NCBI GenBank assembly: GCA_963713925.1
Contig: OY970212.1
Location: 1,024,001-1,088,000 of the forward strand
Direction of reading: 5' to 3'
Length of the DNA: 64,000 nt
Source: an uncultured bacterium
Lineage (GTDB): Bacteria; Babelota; Babeliae; Babelales; Vermiphilaceae
The number at the start of each line of letters is the position of its first letter. Position 1 is the stretch's first letter. Below are positions 9,909-20,432 of this stretch, piece by piece. The translations under genes and the position numbers were made by a program. A model generated the notes under the pieces. That model was not told where the DNA came from. It saw only the letters and a list, made by a program, of their open reading frames with translations, and made no database searches.

Positions 9909-11267
9909 TCAATCCAACTCAAATGATTCTAAATATTTCGGAATGACAACAGACCAGCCAAAACGTTCTACTATTTTCTGTTGTAATGATTGAATGCCCT
10001 CAGGCTCGCCATGCGTCACGAATACTTTTTTAGGTGGGGTTTCAAAATGCCCAAGCCATTGCAAAATTTCAGGGTAATCTGCGTGTGCTGAAAGCGTGCT
10101 TATTATTTTGATTTTGGCATGAACGTCATACGATTGACCATGTATTTTTATTTTTTTTGCACCATCGATTAACATATACCCTAAAGTTCCCGGCGCTTGA
10201 AAACCCATAAAAACGATCGTATTTTTCTGATCGGAAATAAAATGTTCCAAATGATGCACCACCCGCCCCCCATCTGCCATGCCGCTTCCGGCAACAATAA
10301 TCGCCGGCTTCTTGCTGCGATCAATAGTTTTTGATTCATCTGCGGTTGGTGTAAAAGTAGCTACTTTAAAAATATCTTCACATACAGACTCTGATAATTC
10401 AAGCTCATCTTTAAACTGACAAAAAAAATTGGTAACGCCGATGGCCAAAGGGCTATCTAAATAAATGGGAACCTGCGGCAAAGCATTTGCTTGCTTGAGC
10501 TGATAGAGACAATACAGAACTTCTTGGGTGCGTCCCACCGCAAAACTCGGTATTACAACAACGCCCCCTCTTTTTACTGTTTCATTAATAACAGTGCTTA
10601 ACGCTTTGATAGGGTCTTCTTCTTTATGAATTCTATTGCCATAGGTAGATTCGATGACCAAAAAATCAGTCTGCTTTAGGTATGTAGGAGGTCTCATAAT
10701 AAGTTGATGCGGCCGCCCAAGATCGCCCGAAAAAGTGAGTTTTTGTTTGCCATCTGAGATGACAACAAATGATGAACCGAGAATATGACCGGAATAAATG
10801 AGCGTAGCTTGCAAAGAATCTCCGAGATCTATCGTGGTATCATAATCCACTGTATGAAAAAAATGTAATGAGTTTTTTGCATCATCTTCAGTGTATAATG
10901 GCTCTACTTTCGGATGATTCGGATCCGCAGATGCATTGATACGTTTTGCTTCTTCTTCCTGCAAATGGCCGCTATCAATCAAAACAAGCGAGCATAATGC
11001 ATATGTTGCCTTTGAACAATATATTTTTCCTTTAAATCCATTTTTCACAAATACCGGAATATAACCGGTGTGATCTATGTGCGCGTGCGTGAGCACGAGT
11101 GCATCAATGCTTTTTGGGTCGATGGGAAGCGGTTGCCAGTTGCGCCGAGTAAGTTCTCTCGGGCCCTGAAACATGCCGCAATCAACTAAAATTTTTATAT
11201 TTTCATGTTCAATAAGATACTTTGATCCAGTTACTTCTTCTGTTGCACCCAAAAAAGTTATTTTCAT
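9909..11267 (-). CDS. MBL-fold beta-CASP ribonuclease
   Basis: VTGS, DCG, THAHIDH, GHILGS, SGDLG, ESTYG, SAHAD, HGE motifs. Confidence 0.95.
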   Translation of the reverse strand: MKITFLGATEEVTGSKYLIEHENIKILVDCGMFQGPRELTRRNWQPLPIDPKSIDALVLTHAHIDHTGYIPVFVKNGFKGKIYCSKATYALCSLVLIDSGHLQEEEAKRINASADPNHPKVEPLYTEDDAKNSLHFFHTVDYDTTIDLGDSLQATLIYSGHILGSSFVVISDGKQKLTFSGDLGRPHQLIMRPPTYLKQTDFLVIESTYGNRIHKEEDPIKALSTVINETVKRGGVVVIPSFAVGRTQEVLYCLYQLKQANALPQVPIYLDSPLAIGVTNFFCQFKDELELSESVCEDIFKVATFTPTADESKTIDRSKKPAIIVAGSGMADGGRVVHHLEHFISDQKNTIVFMGFQAPGTLGYMLIDGAKKIKIHGQSYDVHAKIKIISTLSAHADYPEILQWLGHFETPPKKVFVTHGEPEGIQSLQQKIVERFGWSVVIPKYLESFELD

Positions 11268-11423
11268 TGTTCACCCGTTTTTTAAAAACTATGTAACGAG
11301 CTTAAAATAAACGAAGTAGCTTTTTGTAGAATATTGACCAAAAAATCCCCGAAGCCAACTTCGAGGAGTTTTGAGTAAATAGATTTTTCAATCAAAATTT
11401 TAAGATTTATATTTTTTCAAGTT

Positions 11424-11741
11424 CTAAAACATATCCTCCCAATCAAGTTCAGACATCCTAATGAACTGCCCTGATTGATTTGGTTCAATATGAATTACTT
11501 TTATTTTCGCATTCCAAACGTGATTCATATCTAGAAATTCTAATCTGCTACAATAGGGAACCGTAATACGCTGCGCAGGTTCGATAGTTATAACAGGACC
11601 AATATTATTAAGATCGTCGCAACATCCTATGGAAGAATACGTTATTGGCGTGTCATTTAAAATCGTAATTTCATCGCTCCAATCGCTTGCCATACACAGG
11701 TGCGAGAAAAAAGCCATCATCATGAATATAAGTTTTTGCAT
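11424..11741 (-). CDS. Small secreted hypothetical protein (paralog 3 of 3)
   Basis: Shared MMAFFS signal peptide and NDT motif. Confidence 0.7.
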   Translation of the reverse strand: MQKLIFMMMAFFSHLCMASDWSDEITILNDTPITYSSIGCCDDLNNIGPVITIEPAQRITVPYCSRLEFLDMNHVWNAKIKVIHIEPNQSGQFIRMSELDWEDMF

Positions 11742-11766
11742 TTCTAGTCCTTCAACGTTTTAAATT

Positions 11767-12078
11767 TTATGCTTTATCGAGCCCTAGGGAAATTAACAAA
11801 ACTGAAAGGTTAAGATTTAAAGTTTCTTCACATGTTACGCCATCAACCCATCCAATCGACCTTGGAACAGTTTCATGTTCCAAAATTTCAAAAGCAGGAC
11901 AACAGGTGAGCATAGCAGTCATTCCAGGATGAAGGCTTTTGTATTCTTCTCCCCTTATACCTCTTCCCATAAGAAGGTATCTCATCCCAGTGTCATTATA
12001 AACTTTGATTTTTCCAACTTCACCCGCCATACACGCTTGCGAGAAAAAAGCCATCATTATCAATAGAGTTCTTTGCAT
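11767..12078 (-). CDS. Small secreted hypothetical protein (paralog 2 of 3)
   Basis: MQRTLLIMMAFFS...YNDTGMR. Confidence 0.7.
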   Translation of the reverse strand: MQRTLLIMMAFFSQACMAGEVGKIKVYNDTGMRYLLMGRGIRGEEYKSLHPGMTAMLTCCPAFEILEHETVPRSIGWVDGVTCEETLNLNLSVLLISLGLDKA

Positions 12079-12443
12079 TCCTGATCCTTTCTTTTATCCT
12101 GCTTTAGAACAAGCAACAAGTCCGAGAGCCTCACTTCCGATTTACATTTTGCAACATCAAACCATCCAAGCGATTTCGGATAAAACTCAAACGTCACAAT
12201 TTCAAATTTATCACAACGTTCAATTCTAATAGTGCTATTGGGGCGAAGAATTGCATGTTTCTTGCTCTGCTCAAGTCTAGTCATAATGTCAGGGGAAAGA
12301 AGTGCGCGGTCTTTTTTCTTTCCAGGACGCTTTATAAGGGCATGCCTCATTATCGTGTCATTTAAAAGGACGATCGTTTCGGAATCACTTGCAATGGAGA
12401 TTCGAGATAAAAAAGCCATCATTATCAATATAATTTTTCGCAT
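12060..12443 (-). CDS. Small secreted hypothetical protein (paralog 1 of 3)
   Basis: MRKIILIMMAFLS...LNDTIMR; shares FEI...PxSxGW with paralog 2. Confidence 0.7.
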   Translation of the reverse strand: MRKIILIMMAFLSRISIASDSETIVLLNDTIMRHALIKRPGKKKDRALLSPDIMTRLEQSKKHAILRPNSTIRIERCDKFEIVTFEFYPKSLGWFDVAKCKSEVRLSDLLLVLKQDKRKDQECKELY

Positions 12444-12519
12444 TCCCGATCCTTTCTTAATGATTGGAAAAACTATACAACTTTCAGTCCGATTCTGTCC
12501 AGCCGATTTTGTTTCATTA

Positions 12520-12661
12520 GAGCTTATCCGAAAATCCCAGAAGTTCCTTATTGCTTTGTCATCCTGAATTTATTTCAGAATCTACTTAACCTGGATACTG
12601 AAACAAGCTCAGCATGACAACTAATCCTTTTAGTTAGAAAGCTTAATTTTCGTATAAGCTC
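12520..12661 (-). mobile_element. MITE copy 2 with internal REP-like hairpins
   Basis: Terminal inverted repeats GAGCTTATCCGAAAAT / ATTTTCGTATAAGCTC; TTA on both flanks (12517-12519, 12662-12664). Confidence 0.8.
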
Positions 12662-12665
12662 TTAT

Positions 12666-13556
12666 TTAAAAACGTACGTTCCATGAACCCCACACAGTGA
12701 GAATAACTTTATTGCCAAATATTTTAGATTTATGATCAAAGCCATACGCAATATTCAGCAAGAACCTATTTGCAATGTTGTTAATCAAGAACCTATATTT
12801 ATAAACGAAGTAAAAGTTACTTCGTAAGTAATTCGTTTTTTGTAGAATATTATCAAGACTTGGACATATACGCGCGCCGAATCGCGAGCGGAATGTATAC
12901 CCGCCTTCTACACCGTGCTTGCTCCAATTTTTTTTGCAGGCAGCAAGAATATCTCCGACATTTCCAAGAGTAAAGTTGTATCGCTGACAATTGCTGTCTG
13001 TTGCATGGCGCGGAACAAAATAGATATAGCGGGCTCCATATAAAAAAGCGTTATTATTTCTGAATTCGTAAGAACCATCCCATTGGATACCGATGCCAAC
13101 TTGGCTATAGCCAAAGTCAACATGCTGCAGCCTCAAGATTTTATGCGTAGGAACGCCAAACAGACCTGAGAATGTCATTACTGCATCATCATTTATTATA
13201 ATAGTACGTCCACCGGTAAAAAGAATATCGTCGGCTTCCGTTCCGGAAAACGTAGTTGTATGGTCAGTAGTTTCGTGTATATGGGATACCGCGGCGTCGA
13301 CCCTGAAATAATACGGCTCAAAATCATATATAAATGAGCCCAGAGCTCCCACAAAATTTTGATGAATCGAGTCTTGATACTTCTTGCGGTATTGATCAAA
13401 CAGAAGACCTATAACAGTCTTGTTTCGCTCTTGAGAGCCTTCAACGACTATCGGTTGTTTTGTAATCTGTGCGATTCGAAAGTTATACACCATTGATATT
13501 GCCGATATTTGCGCGCAAGGGAGCACGCTCAAAAATAAAAGTCTTGTATGATTCAT
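12666..13556 (-). CDS. Putative outer-membrane beta-barrel protein
   Basis: Signal peptide, alternating aromatic beta-strands, C-terminal WNVRF. Confidence 0.55.
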   Translation of the reverse strand: MNHTRLLFLSVLPCAQISAISMVYNFRIAQITKQPIVVEGSQERNKTVIGLLFDQYRKKYQDSIHQNFVGALGSFIYDFEPYYFRVDAAVSHIHETTDHTTTFSGTEADDILFTGGRTIIINDDAVMTFSGLFGVPTHKILRLQHVDFGYSQVGIGIQWDGSYEFRNNNAFLYGARYIYFVPRHATDSNCQRYNFTLGNVGDILAACKKNWSKHGVEGGYTFRSRFGARICPSLDNILQKTNYLRSNFYFVYKYRFLINNIANRFLLNIAYGFDHKSKIFGNKVILTVWGSWNVRF

Positions 13557-13625
13557 TACTTTTATCCTAACATAAGTTTTGTGCAATGAGGTCATTACTT
13601 TAGGCTAGGATACCGTCAGTAAGGC

Positions 13626-13976
13626 ATGAAGAATCAAGAAACGCTCAATTTAGCAGAAGAACGAACATTACTAGCCGCAGAACGGACATTTTCTGCATGG
13701 CTCAGGACAGCCCTGAGTGCCATGGCAGGCGGACTTGCGATCATACGGCTCATTCACTTTAAAAGTGAATTTCATAGAATAATAGCCCAGATCATGGGCG
13801 AAACACTCATTGTGTGGGGTTGCGTGGTGATTATTCTCGCAGCGATCGACTATAAAAAAATTCGCCACATATTAATCCATGCAAAAAATTACAAAAGTTC
13901 TCCGATTGGCTTTTTAATTATGGTAGTGCCACTTTTGTTCATATGCGCCTTACTTATATGGGTTACATTGCCGTAA
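13626..13976 (+). CDS. DUF202 / YidH-like membrane protein
   Basis: LAAERTFSAWLRTAL followed by 3 TMs. Confidence 0.9.
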   Translation: MKNQETLNLAEERTLLAAERTFSAWLRTALSAMAGGLAIIRLIHFKSEFHRIIAQIMGETLIVWGCVVIILAAIDYKKIRHILIHAKNYKSSPIGFLIMVVPLLFICALLIWVTLP

Positions 13977-14000
13977 GAGTGACCCACCTGTCACGTTCTT

Positions 14001-15269
14001 TTAAAAATGGACATTCAAACCAACAATAAGTCCTTGCACCCAAAACTTTTTCGTTCTGAAAAAAGGCAGTGGTCTTTCATCGCCAAAAGCCAATGGAGCT
14101 GCCGCAGACATTCCAAAAGGAATCGGTCCGGGACCAATTCCAACCGTAGCACGGGAATCATCAGCAAGACTTGTTCGTGTAGAATTGATTTTTCGGTCTA
14201 TCTGATCAGCAGCTCGCGCTACCTGTGACAAAAGAATAAAATTATAACCCAACGTAAGCTCAATATGCTTATGCACACTATATCCACCACGAATAATTGT
14301 CTCAAGCATGCCCCCAAATTTATTCCGTCTACAAGAGCCGATGTTTGATGGTTGTGTAAAAATACCTCCCGATAATACTTGTCCCGGACTATTTAAGGTT
14401 AAGAAAAAAAGATTACCGGTTATTGTTTGACTTTCACCATTAATACAATGTTGATTGCGCATCAGTCCAATGCCGCCGGTAATTACCGTCTCCAATCTGC
14501 ATGTAGTATGAATATACTCGCCTCGTATTCCAAACAAGAATCCATAAAAATTATTTTTTGTCTTAAATTGATCTGTAAAGTTGAAAAAGCCTGATGGAAT
14601 TGATGCATTAAAAGTTGTATACGTTTGCCCAACAAGGCTCAGCGATTCTAAAAATTGCATCCACCCAAAACCTCCTGAAGCTACTAAGAAAGCGCAATCT
14701 CCTGCATAAACAGGAAAAGTTGCATTAAGTTCAGCCCCTTGAAATTTTGTTGCTCCGCACAGCTTAAATGCGCCTTCAAAACCTGGATCGCCGAATAATG
14801 GCCCAGGAAGAACCGCTATTGTTTCTCCCGGCAAGCCATTCAGGCCCCAAACACCCGTTATATCAAATACAGGAACCGCGAGATTAGCAGAACCGGGTTG
14901 ACCGGACGTTGCCGAAGATCGTTGTGAATGATGCGTTGGCAATAAAAAATAACTCATTTCAAGATCAATAGCTTTGCATTCATCCAGCAGTGCACCAACT
15001 AAAAAACGAAATCCAGCATTATTTCTTGGATTGATATTGCAACTGCTCAATTGGATCTTTGTGCCCGGCTGTCCAAGAGCACCCGGTAACGGATCAGTGA
15101 GTGCAGCTGATGTCACAAGGGGAACATTCGTATTATTTTTACTTATCCACCAATAAAGAAATTCTGCCTGGACAGACCAACAATTATTCTCTCGATAGGG
15201 CCTTGCGATCGCACCAAATGAAATGAGCGACAACAGACTCAAAACAATAATACAACCTTTTTTTACCAT
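14001..15269 (-). CDS. Outer-membrane beta-barrel protein (BBP7-like)
   Basis: AEFLYWW, PLVTS, TKNNFYG, QIDRKIN, FWVQGLIVGLNVHF with terminal Phe. Confidence 0.7.
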   Translation of the reverse strand: MVKKGCIIVLSLLSLISFGAIARPYRENNCWSVQAEFLYWWISKNNTNVPLVTSAALTDPLPGALGQPGTKIQLSSCNINPRNNAGFRFLVGALLDECKAIDLEMSYFLLPTHHSQRSSATSGQPGSANLAVPVFDITGVWGLNGLPGETIAVLPGPLFGDPGFEGAFKLCGATKFQGAELNATFPVYAGDCAFLVASGGFGWMQFLESLSLVGQTYTTFNASIPSGFFNFTDQFKTKNNFYGFLFGIRGEYIHTTCRLETVITGGIGLMRNQHCINGESQTITGNLFFLTLNSPGQVLSGGIFTQPSNIGSCRRNKFGGMLETIIRGGYSVHKHIELTLGYNFILLSQVARAADQIDRKINSTRTSLADDSRATVGIGPGPIPFGMSAAAPLAFGDERPLPFFRTKKFWVQGLIVGLNVHF

Positions 15270-15357
15270 ACACGCATTCTTTATTAAAAATGTATTGCAG
15301 ATTACCATTTCACTGCATCAAAACAAAAGAAATAAGAGTTGCAATTGACGGTGGCTC

Positions 15358-15912
15358 TTATTTTTTCTTTACGACTTCTGCGAACATTTCTATCATTGCA
15401 GGATTGTATACAGGTAAGTCTGCAGGCCATCTGCTCGTTACCAAAAGACCATCTCTCACCACCGGCTTATCGACCCATATTGCACCAGCATTCACAAGAT
15501 CGATTTTAATCGAAGGCCATGAGGTGACGGTTTTTCCTTTTACGCCATTCGCGTTAATGAGAGTCCAGGGCCCATGGCAAATTGCTGCAATTGGTTTTTT
15601 AGCATCGACAAATGCTTTGATAAAAGCAATTGCCGATTCAAACCTGCGTAGTTTATCAGGATTTATTACTCCACCTGGAAGATGCAGAGCATCGAAATCA
15701 TCCGGATTTGCATTATTCAAATCAAGGTCTACAGGAAATTCATCTCTCCATTGGTCATCAATCCATCCCCTTATTTTTCCATATACGGGAGAAATAAGCA
15801 CCGTTTTAGCACCGGCTTGATCTAACGCTTTTCTAGGCTCTGTCATCTCATTTTGTTCAAAACCAGTATCGCAAAGGATCGCAACTTTGAGTCCTTCTAA
15901 TGGTTTTTTCAT
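15358..15912 (-). CDS. PfpI/YhbO (DJ-1 family) protease/deglycase
   Basis: GFEQNE, LPGG, AICHGPW, LVTSR. Confidence 0.95.
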   Translation of the reverse strand: MKKPLEGLKVAILCDTGFEQNEMTEPRKALDQAGAKTVLISPVYGKIRGWIDDQWRDEFPVDLDLNNANPDDFDALHLPGGVINPDKLRRFESAIAFIKAFVDAKKPIAAICHGPWTLINANGVKGKTVTSWPSIKIDLVNAGAIWVDKPVVRDGLLVTSRWPADLPVYNPAMIEMFAEVVKKK

Positions 15913-16044
15913 GGAGATTCCTTTATTTTATAAATATCGTTTTATATCTTATAAATATTTTTGAAGTAAAAAATAAAGAGTTTCCATGATCGTTTGCTAA
16001 ACTTGTCGGTCGAAGCCTTAAGATTGATGCAAACAAAGAATGTA

Positions 16045-17340
16045 CTATATTTTTATAGTAAGTAATTCATTCCAATTGGTTGTATACGCTTGGGACTTGA
16101 ATGCTCTTTTCGTTTGCCACGATTGTTTAATACCGGCCGCTGCAAAGAAAACTTTGTTTCTTCCCATTTTCTTGTTAACAGTATCGACTGCTTCAATAAT
16201 CTGATTTTGTTTTTCAGTATTAGGCTGCTGTATGAATGTATTCAATTGAATAAAATCAGCAGGGTAAAGACCTTCAAGGATAATTCCTACTTTTTTGTAG
16301 ATAAAACCTTTTTTAAATAACTTTGCTAAGCATTGATTTGCATAATTGATTAATGTTGGTGTGTATGAAGTGGGCATATCGAGTTCAATAGTATGTGAAT
16401 TATAGAAACGTTGAGATTCAAACTGATGCGTATAACAAACAAAAACGGTCATAAGACTGGCTATACTTTTTTCTGATCTTAATTTTTCTCCAGCAATAGT
16501 AGCATGAGAAGCAACGCCTTCTTGCAACGCATCAATCTCTGAAACATTTCTCCCAAACATGCGAGATACCGTAATAGATTGTTTCGAATTAGGAATATCA
16601 TCAAGAGAAAAACAAGGAGTGCCTCTTAACTCTGTTACTGTCTTGAGCCCATTAATAGTTAAATTCTTGCGAATCCATTGGTCAGAGCACTGAATAAATT
16701 GATACACATTCTTTATGTTATAGTTATGTAAGAATTTTGCGTATCGATAACCAATTCCCCAAATTTCACTCACATCAATCTTTTGTAGCCATGCATCTGC
16801 CTCCGGATGATTGGTAATATCAAACACGCCATTAAATTGTGGGTTCTTTTTTGCAATATGATTGGCTATTTTTGCTAATGTTTTTGTCGGGCCCAAGCCA
16901 ATAGAAAGAGGGATTCCTGTTTTTTGTGTTACATTTTTTCTTACATACTGACCATATTGTTGAAAGTAAGTACGTTCCTCATCTATTGACTTGTAATCTT
17001 TCAACATGGTTGGGAAGTGCAAAAATGCTTCATCAACAGAATACACTTCGATGTCGGTTGAGTACTCTGTTAATGCCTGCATCACGCGGGATGACATGTC
17101 ACCATACAATGCAAAATTCGCTGAATAGACAATGACTTTATATTTTTGAAAGAGGTATCTGCATTCGAAAGCCGGTTGTCCCATTTTTATGCCAAGCTGC
17201 TTTGCTTCATTTGATCGAGCAATAACACAAGCATCATTGCTTGAAAGTACGACAACAGGTTTTCCCACCAATTTGGGATTAAAGACACGCTCACATGAAA
17301 CAAAAAAATTATTACAGTCAGCGAGAGCAAAACGTTTCAT
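16045..17340 (-). CDS. umuC: Y-family DNA polymerase V subunit
   Basis: DCNNFFVSCER, VVLSSND, YSVDEAF, C-terminal YTTNW. Confidence 0.93.
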   Translation of the reverse strand: MKRFALADCNNFFVSCERVFNPKLVGKPVVVLSSNDACVIARSNEAKQLGIKMGQPAFECRYLFQKYKVIVYSANFALYGDMSSRVMQALTEYSTDIEVYSVDEAFLHFPTMLKDYKSIDEERTYFQQYGQYVRKNVTQKTGIPLSIGLGPTKTLAKIANHIAKKNPQFNGVFDITNHPEADAWLQKIDVSEIWGIGYRYAKFLHNYNIKNVYQFIQCSDQWIRKNLTINGLKTVTELRGTPCFSLDDIPNSKQSITVSRMFGRNVSEIDALQEGVASHATIAGEKLRSEKSIASLMTVFVCYTHQFESQRFYNSHTIELDMPTSYTPTLINYANQCLAKLFKKGFIYKKVGIILEGLYPADFIQLNTFIQQPNTEKQNQIIEAVDTVNKKMGRNKVFFAAAGIKQSWQTKRAFKSQAYTTNWNELLTIKI

Positions 17341-17344
17341 TTCG

Positions 17345-17788
17345 TTATGAAGTTTGATGAATTACAAAAGTTACAATTCCCCATACTTCAAAATCAGTCT
17401 CTTTTTTTATTTCTATAGGCTTATAATTATCATTTTCTGCTATCAATGATATGTTATTCCCATTTATTTTAACTCTTTTTACGGTAAATTCGTCATGTAT
17501 TCTGACAATAGCAATCTTATTATTCGCCACCGACAAAGAACGGTCGACAATCAAAATATCACCTGAATTAATGCCAGCATTTATCATTGAATCGCCAATA
17601 ACACGTATAAAAAAAGTTGCAGACGGATGAGTGATCAGTAAATCATTGAGATCTAAAGAATTTTCAATAAAATTTTCTGCAGATGAAGGAAAGCCTGCAG
17701 AAACTAACGATTCTGAAAAAGGTATTACACATGGCTTAAGCGCTTCAAGTCTTGCAATAATCTGTATTTGTTTGTCTGTTTTATTCAT
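17345..17788 (-). CDS. umuD: DNA polymerase V autoproteolytic subunit
   Basis: SAGFPS cleavage site, GDSM catalytic Ser, FTVKR catalytic Lys; directly upstream of umuC. Confidence 0.93.
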   Translation of the reverse strand: MNKTDKQIQIIARLEALKPCVIPFSESLVSAGFPSSAENFIENSLDLNDLLITHPSATFFIRVIGDSMINAGINSGDILIVDRSLSVANNKIAIVRIHDEFTVKRVKINGNNISLIAENDNYKPIEIKKETDFEVWGIVTFVIHQTS

Positions 17789-17880
17789 AACATTTTATGT
17801 AATTTGACCATTTGCTTGATGATTCTCATGAAGATGGATCAATCGGTTGAATTGAGTTTTTAGGTCGGTAGAATAGTCTA

Positions 17881-18387
17881 TCATAATTTATCATTAATTT
17901 CTTTTACTATTGGTAACAAATCACTTTTTGCTTGCTCACCGGTTTCCAATCGATGCACTATTTCGTCAGGAGTGAGCCAATAATATTCAACAAAATCATC
18001 GGTATTAAACGTCGGCGCAATATCAGAATAGATAACATACACCCACATGAAAGCCGAAATTCCGTGAGTCAGCGGAGTTAATCGCGCGACTTTTTTAAAT
18101 GAGACGGTATTAACATCAATGTTCAATTCTTCTGCAGTTTCACGCGCAAAAGCATGATCGTAATCTTCTCCGGCGGCAACATGTCCCCCCACGCTGCAAT
18201 CTAAAGATAATGGAAATAGCTTTTTGTTAGGGTGACGGCGTGGAATCCATAATTGTTTTTGTGTATTACATACAAAAGCATTAATTACTCTAAAAGAGAG
18301 TTGTTGAGCATACACGACGCTTCTTTTTTCTTGACCAATCACCTCATCAAGAGGTGATACAATATCCAAAATTTCATCGTAAGTCAT
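17881..18387 (-). CDS. NUDIX hydrolase (IDI/YfcD-like)
   Basis: GGHVAAGEDYDHAFARETAEELNI Nudix box. Confidence 0.9.
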   Translation of the reverse strand: MTYDEILDIVSPLDEVIGQEKRSVVYAQQLSFRVINAFVCNTQKQLWIPRRHPNKKLFPLSLDCSVGGHVAAGEDYDHAFARETAEELNIDVNTVSFKKVARLTPLTHGISAFMWVYVIYSDIAPTFNTDDFVEYYWLTPDEIVHRLETGEQAKSDLLPIVKEINDKL

Positions 18388-18582
18388 TTTGAAGCCTCCG
18401 TTAATGCAGTCGTAGATATAAATTCCTTATTGGGCGCGTTTATAAAACCATTGAAATTAGATCATTAAACGTGGTTAGTATGTTTTGGTAGCTACTCAAA
18501 AGAAAATCAACCTTCATAAAAATAATGAATCTTAGAGTAAAGATAAAAAACAATTAAATCACGAAAAAAAGAAAGACTTTCT

Positions 18583-18840
18583 ATGATTAAAAAATTATTT
18601 TTATCATTTTGCTCAGCTGTCGCAATGGGTATACCTTCAATCGCCAAGGCGTCAAAGATAGTCCATGTTACTCCTGAAGAATTTAAAAGGGTAGCTGGTG
18701 AACCCGGCAGAATTATTGTTGAAGATGCCAATGTCCATCGTTATTATGCAGTTAGAGACGGAATATTTTTTAGTACTTCTTCACAAGCGACCATCCCTTT
18801 TCCTTCAATGAATGTAATAAAAGGTACTTTAGCCAAATGA
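18583..18840 (+). CDS. Small secreted hypothetical protein
   Basis: Signal peptide ending AKA; hairpin plus T-tract downstream. Confidence 0.5.
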   Translation: MIKKLFLSFCSAVAMGIPSIAKASKIVHVTPEEFKRVAGEPGRIIVEDANVHRYYAVRDGIFFSTSSQATIPFPSMNVIKGTLAK

Positions 18841-19069
18841 TTAATGTCAGTACTCATTGATTTCATAAATCATTAATCGTAAAAAAAGGGCAAGATTTTC
18901 GGCTTGCTCTTTTTTTGTTTTCAATAATTCGGTCCGCTTTGCCCTTATACTTACCGTTCAAGCCGGATTTCTTTAATAGAGAAAGACCGAAATTAATGAG
19001 TAAACCCTAGCAACGCTTCTTCTTTATTAATCTCTTGAAATCCAGTAGCTTATAAGCTAAAATGGTGTT

Positions 19070-19402
19070 ATGAGCCTAATAAAAACAATCGTTTACAAAA
19101 CAAGCACAGGGAAAGAGCCCTTTACCCAATGGCTTCTTGATCTTGATCAAAAGACAAGAGCTATAGTTGTTACGAGAATAAAACGTGTCAATTTGGGTAA
19201 TTTCGGGGGTTGTAAGATGCTCAAACAAGCTTCAGGTGTTTGGGAATTAGTGATCGATTACGGTCCGGGATACCGAGTCTACTTTGGTAAGCAGGGTAAT
19301 ACCATAGTTGTTTTATTAGTCGGGGGAGACAAAGGAAGCCAAGAAAAAGACATAACAAAGGCTCAAAAGTATTGGCTTGATTATAAGGGGTCAATCGAAT
19401 GA
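19070..19402 (+). CDS. Type II toxin-antitoxin toxin, RelE/ParE superfamily (addiction module killer)
   Basis: GNFG, ELVIDYGPGYRVYF, LLVGGDKGSQEKDI. Confidence 0.92.
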   Translation: MSLIKTIVYKTSTGKEPFTQWLLDLDQKTRAIVVTRIKRVNLGNFGGCKMLKQASGVWELVIDYGPGYRVYFGKQGNTIVVLLVGGDKGSQEKDITKAQKYWLDYKGSIE

Positions 19403-19719
19403 CAAGAAAAAAAAGCACACCAAGAACACATAGAGATTTTCAAGAATTATTGCTCGAGAATCTTCAAGATCCGCAAGAAGCTGCTGCTTACTTAAAAGCT
19501 GCTCTTGCCGATGAAGACGAAAGAGTATTTTTACTTGCATTGCGCGACGTATTAGAAGCGCGCGGTGGAACTATTACCGACCTCGCCGAAGAAACACATT
19601 TAAATAAACAGAATCTCTACCGAATGCTTTCTAAAAAGGGTAATCCTCGTCTCACATCGCTGATTACAGTACTGCATGCTATCGGCTTTGAAATGGATAT
19701 CAATCCGATAAAGAAATAA
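19399..19719 (+). CDS. Addiction module antidote (HTH)
   Basis: AAAYL, ALRDVLEARGG, LYRMLSKKGNP; ATGA overlap with the toxin. Confidence 0.92.
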   Translation: MTRKKSTPRTHRDFQELLLENLQDPQEAAAYLKAALADEDERVFLLALRDVLEARGGTITDLAEETHLNKQNLYRMLSKKGNPRLTSLITVLHAIGFEMDINPIKK

Positions 19720-19924
19720 ATACGAGCTATGCAATTATCAAAAGACGACATTACGCTTACTCGTACAATTTTTTGAGAAATTAGGCAAATTCTCGCCTTA
19801 AGTTAAACTGCAGTCGCTGCAACTGCAGTAGAGCAGTAGCCGAAGCTCCAATCGCACACACGGGAATGTTGCAATCGGGCATTCCCTTCTGCTTTTGCTC
19901 ACATGAGGGACAATCTTGTCTATC

Positions 19925-20359
19925 TCACTCACTGATCTTCACATATCCCTCTTGAACGAGCTGGATAGTTCGCGCCATGGCATCAGTGTTCACCTTGATT
20001 CCGGGTAGCAGGTCTGCATTGCCCCATTTGTGAGCGGCGGCAGTCGCGCCGCATAACTCGACCCGCACACCATTCTTAATCAGAACAGCGACAAGTTCTT
20101 TGTAGGGATTGCCCGTCTTGATCATGCGTTCAATGTTGTACGAGTCGTCGTTTAAAGTCACATGGCCCGCATTGGTATGAAAAACCGCGACAATATCCGA
20201 CTTTACATTCCAATTATGGCTGTCCTTTACGATGAGATTAAGATGGAAAATCGACGCTGGAAGATCCCCTTCAAACGCAAGCGCGCTGATACTGAATACT
20301 GCTTTTACTTCCGATAACTTTACCGGAATATCAATGTGAAGTGCCTTTGCTAATACAGT
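19925..20359 (-). CDS. DsrE-like protein
   Basis: AVFH, NPY, GVRVELCGAT, LLPGIKV, LVQEGY. Confidence 0.7.
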   Translation of the reverse strand, partial: TVLAKALHIDIPVKLSEVKAVFSISALAFEGDLPASIFHLNLIVKDSHNWNVKSDIVAVFHTNAGHVTLNDDSYNIERMIKTGNPYKELVAVLIKNGVRVELCGATAAAHKWGNADLLPGIKVNTDAMARTIQLVQEGYVKISE

Positions 20360-20432
20360 CATGTTAACTCCTCTTTTCAAAGCTTATGTGAACCGTGGTC
20401 TTGGCGGATGAATGAGACGGCTGGCAGAGAGA

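Noticed and set aside
15290..15820. 176-aa plus-strand ORF
   Set aside because: Antisense shadow of the well-supported PfpI gene.
17789..17880. LexA/SOS box upstream of umuD
   Set aside because: No convincing palindrome of a known SOS-box type is visible.
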